The notes under the pieces are model-generated. The model saw nothing but the letters and a program-made list of their open reading frames with translations. It had not been told where the DNA came from and did no database searches. Of a stretch of 64,000 nucleotides of DNA, positions 59,268-64,000 are shown piece by piece (position 1 is the first letter of the stretch; every line of letters starts with the position of its first letter). This stretch comes from an uncultured Eubacteriales bacterium (GTDB lineage Bacteria > Bacillota > Clostridia > TANB77 > CAG-508): contig CASFHP010000002.1 in NCBI GenBank assembly GCA_949294555.1, forward strand, positions 38,087 through 102,086, in the 5' to 3' direction. A program made the translations under genes and the position numbers.

Positions 59268-60197
59268 ATGTTAGTTACGACAAAGGATATGTTTGAAAAA
59301 TCAATGAAAGAGGGATTTGCAGTTGGTGCATTTAATGTAAATAATATGGAAATTGTACAAGCTATTACAGATGCAGCTCATGAAACACAATCTCCTGTTA
59401 TTTTACAAGCATCTTCAAGTGCAATAAAATATGCAAGAATAGGATATTTAATGAAAATGGTACAAGCAGCAGTAGAGCAATATCCAGAAGTTCCAATGGC
59501 AATCCATTTAGACCATGGACCAGATTTCGAAACAGCAAAAATGTGTATTGACAATGGATTTACATCTGTTATGATTGATGGTTCAAAATATGATTTTGAA
59601 GAAAATGTTGCTTTAACAAAACAAGTTGTAGATTATGCACATTCTAAAGGTGTTGTTGTTGAAGCTGAACTTGGAAAATTAGCAGGTATAGAAGATGATG
59701 TAAATGTATCTGCATCTGATGCTATGTATACAGACCCAGCGCAAGCAGAAGAATTTGTAAAAAGAACAGGTTGTGACTCTTTAGCAATTGCTATAGGAAC
59801 AAGTCATGGAGCATATAAATTTAAAGGAGAAGCAAAATTAAGATTTGATATTTTAAAAGAAATCAAAGAAAGAATTCCAAACACACCAATTGTACTACAT
59901 GGTGCTTCTACTGTTATACCAGAATTAGTAGATATGTGTAATCAATATGGCGGAAACATTCCTGGTGCAAAAGGTGTTCCTGATGAAATGCTACATGAAG
60001 CAAGTATATCTGGTGTTTCTAAAATTAATGTTGATACAGACTTAAGATTAGCAATGACAGCTGGAATTAGAAAAGTATTTGTAGAAGATCCAAGTGCATT
60101 TGACCCTAGAAAATATTTAACACCAGCAAGAGAATTAATAAAAGAAACTGTTGCACATAAAATGAAAGATGTATTTGGTTCAGCAGGAAAAATATAA
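59268..60197 (+). CDS. fba: Class II fructose-1,6-bisphosphate aldolase
   Basis: HLDHG, SVMIDGS, VEAELG, GTSHGAYK, VLHGAS, KINVDTD. Confidence 0.96.
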   Translation: MLVTTKDMFEKSMKEGFAVGAFNVNNMEIVQAITDAAHETQSPVILQASSSAIKYARIGYLMKMVQAAVEQYPEVPMAIHLDHGPDFETAKMCIDNGFTSVMIDGSKYDFEENVALTKQVVDYAHSKGVVVEAELGKLAGIEDDVNVSASDAMYTDPAQAEEFVKRTGCDSLAIAIGTSHGAYKFKGEAKLRFDILKEIKERIPNTPIVLHGASTVIPELVDMCNQYGGNIPGAKGVPDEMLHEASISGVSKINVDTDLRLAMTAGIRKVFVEDPSAFDPRKYLTPARELIKETVAHKMKDVFGSAGKI

Positions 60198-60209
60198 GGA
60201 GAGAAAAAT

Positions 60210-60698
60210 ATGCCACGCTTAAAGAAAGAAGAAGTTATAAAATTATATAAAAGACCATATTCTATGACACCTGAGGAGATATGCAAATATGCAGATTATT
60301 TTATTTCAAATCCAACGGTTAAAAAATATATTAAAGAAGGAATTGAATCTGGAAAAATTAGTGAAGACGATATAAGTGCAATAAATGAAAAACAAATGGC
60401 TATTCAGAAAGAAAAATTAGAACAAGAAAGCTTCTTAAAAGAAACTGTTTTAAAATATGTATTAACAGGTAAAACTAGAAGACAAATTATAGAGGAACTA
60501 CGTGATAAACTAGATATAAATATTACCCCAAAAAAGTTACAAGCGATTATAAATGAAAAAAAATCTCAAGATGAGTTATTTAAAAAGCAATATGATGAAA
60601 TATTAAAAGTTACACGTCATCAAGCAGGAATAAAAAGTCGTCAAACATATAAAGAAAAAAATCAAAGTCAAAAAGAAGAACAAGGATTAGAATTATAG
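60210..60698 (+). CDS. Hypothetical protein
   Basis: AGGAG RBS directly after fba; 162 aa charged protein. Confidence 0.65.
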   Translation: MPRLKKEEVIKLYKRPYSMTPEEICKYADYFISNPTVKKYIKEGIESGKISEDDISAINEKQMAIQKEKLEQESFLKETVLKYVLTGKTRRQIIEELRDKLDINITPKKLQAIINEKKSQDELFKKQYDEILKVTRHQAGIKSRQTYKEKNQSQKEEQGLEL

Positions 60699-60743
60699 CC
60701 TTGTTCTTCAAAATTTATATGCTTTTTTTACAAAATTCATCTT

Positions 60744-61202
60744 TTAATGATATTGCTTATTTTTCAAATTTATTGCAATCTGTTTTTGGGCATCTTTTTT
60801 GGCAATATCTTGTCGTTTATCATACAATTTTTTACCTTTTCCAATACCCAATTCCAGTTTAACAAAATTTCCTTTAAAATAAAGGCTAATAGGAATTAAG
60901 GTATATCCTTTTTGCTTTGTAAGACCGATTAGTTTATTAATTTCTCGTTTATTTAACAATAACTTTCTATCTCTTAAAGGATTTTTATTAAAAATATTTC
61001 CATGTTCATAAGGACTAATATGCATGCCTGATATGTAAACTTCGCCATTTTTTATATGGGCATAACTATCTTTTAAATTGACTTTTCCTGCTCGAATAGA
61101 TTTAATTTCTGTTCCAAACAATACAATGCCTGTTTCTATTTTATCTTCGATAAAATAATTATGATATGCTGTTGGATTTTTTGCAATTAATTTTGTATTC
61201 AT
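60744..61202 (-). CDS. smpB: SsrA-binding protein SmpB
   Basis: [34 protein letters not shown]. Confidence 0.97.
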   Translation of the reverse strand: MNTKLIAKNPTAYHNYFIEDKIETGIVLFGTEIKSIRAGKVNLKDSYAHIKNGEVYISGMHISPYEHGNIFNKNPLRDRKLLLNKREINKLIGLTKQKGYTLIPISLYFKGNFVKLELGIGKGKKLYDKRQDIAKKDAQKQIAINLKNKQYH

Positions 61203-61341
61203 ATATTTACCTCTTGTTTTTTTGAATATTATATCACAGATTTTTCAATAATAAAATAGGAGAGATATATTTTCTAAACTGGAATGGTAGAAAATACTGT
61301 ATGTAGTAAAGTAATCTACAAATAAGTTATACAGGAAAATG

Positions 61342-61402
61342 ATGCGGGCTTTGAAATAATATCATAACCAGATAAAATGTTCAAAAAGCCCGCTATTGTT
61401 TA
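61342..61402. repeat. Composite repeat, first-module copy (inverted)
   Basis: GCGGGCTTT..AAAAAGCCCGCTATTGTT is close to the reverse complement of 14555-14609. Confidence 0.7.
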
Positions 61403-61460
61403 ATAACCAAAATCTTGAAACTTTAAGTTTTAAGTTATTGCTTGATGATAAAATATATAA

Positions 61461-61931
61461 TTAGTCTCTTCTTGAATGATTATTATCAGAAGTGATTTGT
61501 GCTGAATAATACCAAACAACAGCAATAATTGCAATTGCAGCAATACCTAATATTAACCAGGTCCAAGCAGTTGCATTCATCCCCATAAAAGTTGCATTAC
61601 CATTTGTAGATGTTCTTGTAGCTGTATAAGTATTATTGTTTCTATTTGTAGTGCTAGAAGTTGCATTATGCATATCTCTTTGTACTGTATTTCCAGCACC
61701 TTCTACGGCATTTCCTGCATTTTCCATAGTGTTTTCAGCCTTTTCAGTAGAATCTTCTATAGCGTCACCTGCATTATTCATAGCACCTTCAACCGCATTT
61801 TCTGCATTATTAACCGCATCTCTAACAGTATTTCCTGCATCCTTTAAAACATCTTCTGCTGCAAAACAAACAGAAAAAGAAAATATAATAGAAGTGATAA
61901 GTGCCAAAGTTATAAATAATTTCTTTTGCAT
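61461..61931 (-). CDS. Membrane protein with signal peptide, A/E/N-rich repeats and C-terminal TM
   Basis: AAGGAGG RBS; repeated ENAGNAVEGA-like units; WTWLILGIAAIAIIAVVWYY. Confidence 0.75.
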   Translation of the reverse strand: MQKKLFITLALITSIIFSFSVCFAAEDVLKDAGNTVRDAVNNAENAVEGAMNNAGDAIEDSTEKAENTMENAGNAVEGAGNTVQRDMHNATSSTTNRNNNTYTATRTSTNGNATFMGMNATAWTWLILGIAAIAIIAVVWYYSAQITSDNNHSRRD

Positions 61932-62027
61932 AATAAAAATCCTCCTTTTTTGAAATAATGAAAATAATATGAAACAATATATTTTCAATTATTATTATCC
62001 AAAAAAAGAAGGAAATTTATACATGTT

Positions 62028-62411
62028 TTATTTTCCAAGTCGAATTAAAATTGCAATTGCCAATAATATTAATAAAACACCAATTGCGATTAAAATAATG
62101 CATAAAATATTGGATATTCCTAAATCACTTTCAGGTAAACTACTTTGTACAGTTGTTGTATTTGCTGATGAAGAACTACTGCTAGATGTAGAAGTGTTTG
62201 TCGAATTCGTAGAACTTGAATTTGATGAATTTGTATTTCGAGAACTATTATTTGTTGAATTCGTTGAATTTGACGTACTATTTGTTGCATTTTCTGAATT
62301 TGTTTCATTTATATCCATATCAACAGCAGATACAGTTGTAATCCATAAAGTGAATGATAGGAATAAGATACATATTATACCAATTAAAAATTTTTTTGAA
62401 AATCTAATCAT
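62028..62411 (-). CDS. Small surface/membrane protein with S/T/N-rich linker
   Basis: GGAGG RBS, signal peptide, S/T/N tract, LPES plus C-terminal TM. Confidence 0.7.
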   Translation of the reverse strand: MIRFSKKFLIGIICILFLSFTLWITTVSAVDMDINETNSENATNSTSNSTNSTNNSSRNTNSSNSSSTNSTNTSTSSSSSSSANTTTVQSSLPESDLGISNILCIILIAIGVLLILLAIAILIRLGK

Positions 62412-62562
62412 TTTTTTACCTCCATTTAAGAAAACTTTATCATAAGTTCTCTAATATGATATCACAAATATTGAAAATATGTCTAGTATTTTTAAAAAAA
62501 TGTAAAAAATATATATTTTTTTTTATCTTTATGATATGATGTATCCGAGAAGGGGGATGAAA

Positions 62563-64000
62563 ATGAATAAATTTTTGAAAAAAATATTAATAATATTGAT
62601 TATATCTGTAATTATTTCTATCGTTATGTCTCTAGCAATTACAGAAGATAGTCAGGATGGTAAAATTCAATATCTAAATCATTTAGATTATGATGTAACC
62701 TTAAACCAAGATGGAAGCATCAATGTTGTTGAGACTTGGGACGTATATGTAAAAGATACAGGGACATTATTTAAGAATTTTACACTTTCTAATTACTTAT
62801 ATGGAGACATTACAGATGTAAAAGTTAAAGACTTAGAAAATAATTTAGAATTAACAGAGATTTACCAAGAGGTATATCATGTGGAAAACAATTTGTTTTA
62901 TGCATTAGATATTGGAGGAAATGTATTTGAAATCGCTTGGGGAACTGGAATGAGTACATCTTCAGGAAACCGAAAATATCAAATTTCTTATAAAATTGAA
63001 GATGTTATAACTAGCTATTATGATTGCCAAGAATTTTATTGGAAATTTATTGAAGAAGGAAAAAATGCTATTCCTGTAAAATCTCTAACAGGAAGTATTC
63101 ATCTACCAGAAGGTGTTCAAAATATAGAAAATTTGAAGGTATGGGGACATGGACAAATCAATGGAAATATTGAAAAAGCTTCAAATAATCTAGTAAAATT
63201 TGAAATTCAGAATTTAAGACCAGGCGCTATGCTAGAGGTAAGAGTTGTAACAGCAGAAGATATATTTGATGTATCAGAAACCAAAGAGAGAAACTATCGT
63301 AATTTAGACAGAATTATAGAAGAAGAAACAGAATGGTCAAATGAAACCAATAGACAATCTATGATAACGAAAATCGTTTTAATAGCCATCTATGCAATTA
63401 TATTGATTATCTATATTATAAAAATTGTAAAATACAGAAAAATCAATAAAAAAGAAAATGATGGTATTATCAAAAAAGACCTAAAATATTTTAGAGAAAT
63501 TCCGAGAGAGGGCGACTCTACACCAAATGAAGCAGTGTATCTGTATCATTTTGAAAAAGAAAAATTAGAAACCTCAACAGTACAGTCTGAAATGGTAGCT
63601 TCTACGATATTAAATTTATGTTTAAAAAAGATTATTACATTAGAGATTGAAGGAAAATATATTTATATTACTTTAGTAGGAGATGGTTCTTCCTTAAAAA
63701 AAGAAGAATATCAAGTATATAAATTATTATCAGAGGCAAGTAAAGGAAAAGAAAGATTAGAAATTACAGAACTAAATGATTATGCAAAAAAACATTACAC
63801 AAATTATAGTGTATATATTAATAAAATGGTAAATGAAACTAGAAATGAATTATACAATTTAGAATTCATAGATAAAAAGGAAGAAAACACATATCGAAAA
63901 TCAAAATCTGCAAGCATATTTTTTAATATAATTTTAGGTTTATATATTTTCTTATTAACGTTTGTAGCAATTATACATGTTCCATTCCTTCAAATGCCAG
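62563..64000 (+). CDS. DUF2207-type membrane protein (partial, runs off the window; not in ORF track)
   Basis: Open frame to the window end; LNQDGSINVVETW, EFYWKF, VWGHG, YFREIP. Confidence 0.85.
   Translation, partial: MNKFLKKILIILIISVIISIVMSLAITEDSQDGKIQYLNHLDYDVTLNQDGSINVVETWDVYVKDTGTLFKNFTLSNYLYGDITDVKVKDLENNLELTEIYQEVYHVENNLFYALDIGGNVFEIAWGTGMSTSSGNRKYQISYKIEDVITSYYDCQEFYWKFIEEGKNAIPVKSLTGSIHLPEGVQNIENLKVWGHGQINGNIEKASNNLVKFEIQNLRPGAMLEVRVVTAEDIFDVSETKERNYRNLDRIIEEETEWSNETNRQSMITKIVLIAIYAIILIIYIIKIVKYRKINKKENDGIIKKDLKYFREIPREGDSTPNEAVYLYHFEKEKLETSTVQSEMVASTILNLCLKKIITLEIEGKYIYITLVGDGSSLKKEEYQVYKLLSEASKGKERLEITELNDYAKKHYTNYSVYINKMVNETRNELYNLEFIDKKEENTYRKSKSASIFFNIILGLYIFLLTFVAIIHVPFLQMP

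Noticed and set aside
60700..61460. tmRNA (ssrA) next to smpB
   Set aside because: No GGGG 5' end or TTCGA..CCACCA 3' end found on either side.
558..62445. Numerous antisense or overlapping ORFs in the track (e.g. 558-917, 5594-6052, 16063-16506, 23984-24364, 50608-51144, 61969-62445)
   Set aside because: Shadow frames of well-supported genes, without RBS or recognisable motifs.

Overview
AT-rich chromosomal window from a spore-forming Clostridia-like bacterium. It carries housekeeping genes (rpmE, miaB, mutS, rpmF, fba, smpB, asnB/asnO-like, csoR-copZ-copA), sporulation-type genes (dacF-like, spoVB-like, VanW/YoaR, DUF1540), a two-component system with an ABC exporter, two nucleotidyltransferase-HEPN pairs, and a ~15 kb accessory hotspot (28.8-43.6 kb) of small genes, ORFans and gene remnants. 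Main observation: five otherwise intact genes (dacF-like twice, spoVB-like, TetR, alkaline-phosphatase-family, peroxiredoxin twice) are broken at seven sites with the same signature. Each site is an in-frame CGG codon, and skipping its C (CGGN read as GGN = Gly, a +1 shift) restores the family-conserved protein. By eye, in-frame CGG is otherwise nearly absent from the conserved genes and is read through only in ORFans and remnants. This suggests a CGG-triggered +1 recoding or quadruplet-like decoding system, but it must be separated from a sequencing artefact. Also notable: a cloverleaf/kissing-loop candidate ncRNA behind a PBECR-type RNase gene, a tail-less FtsZ, repeated capture of the asnB 3' end, paralogous self-contained ORFan cassettes, and several palindromic repeat families. 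All annotation is by eye; no database searches were run.
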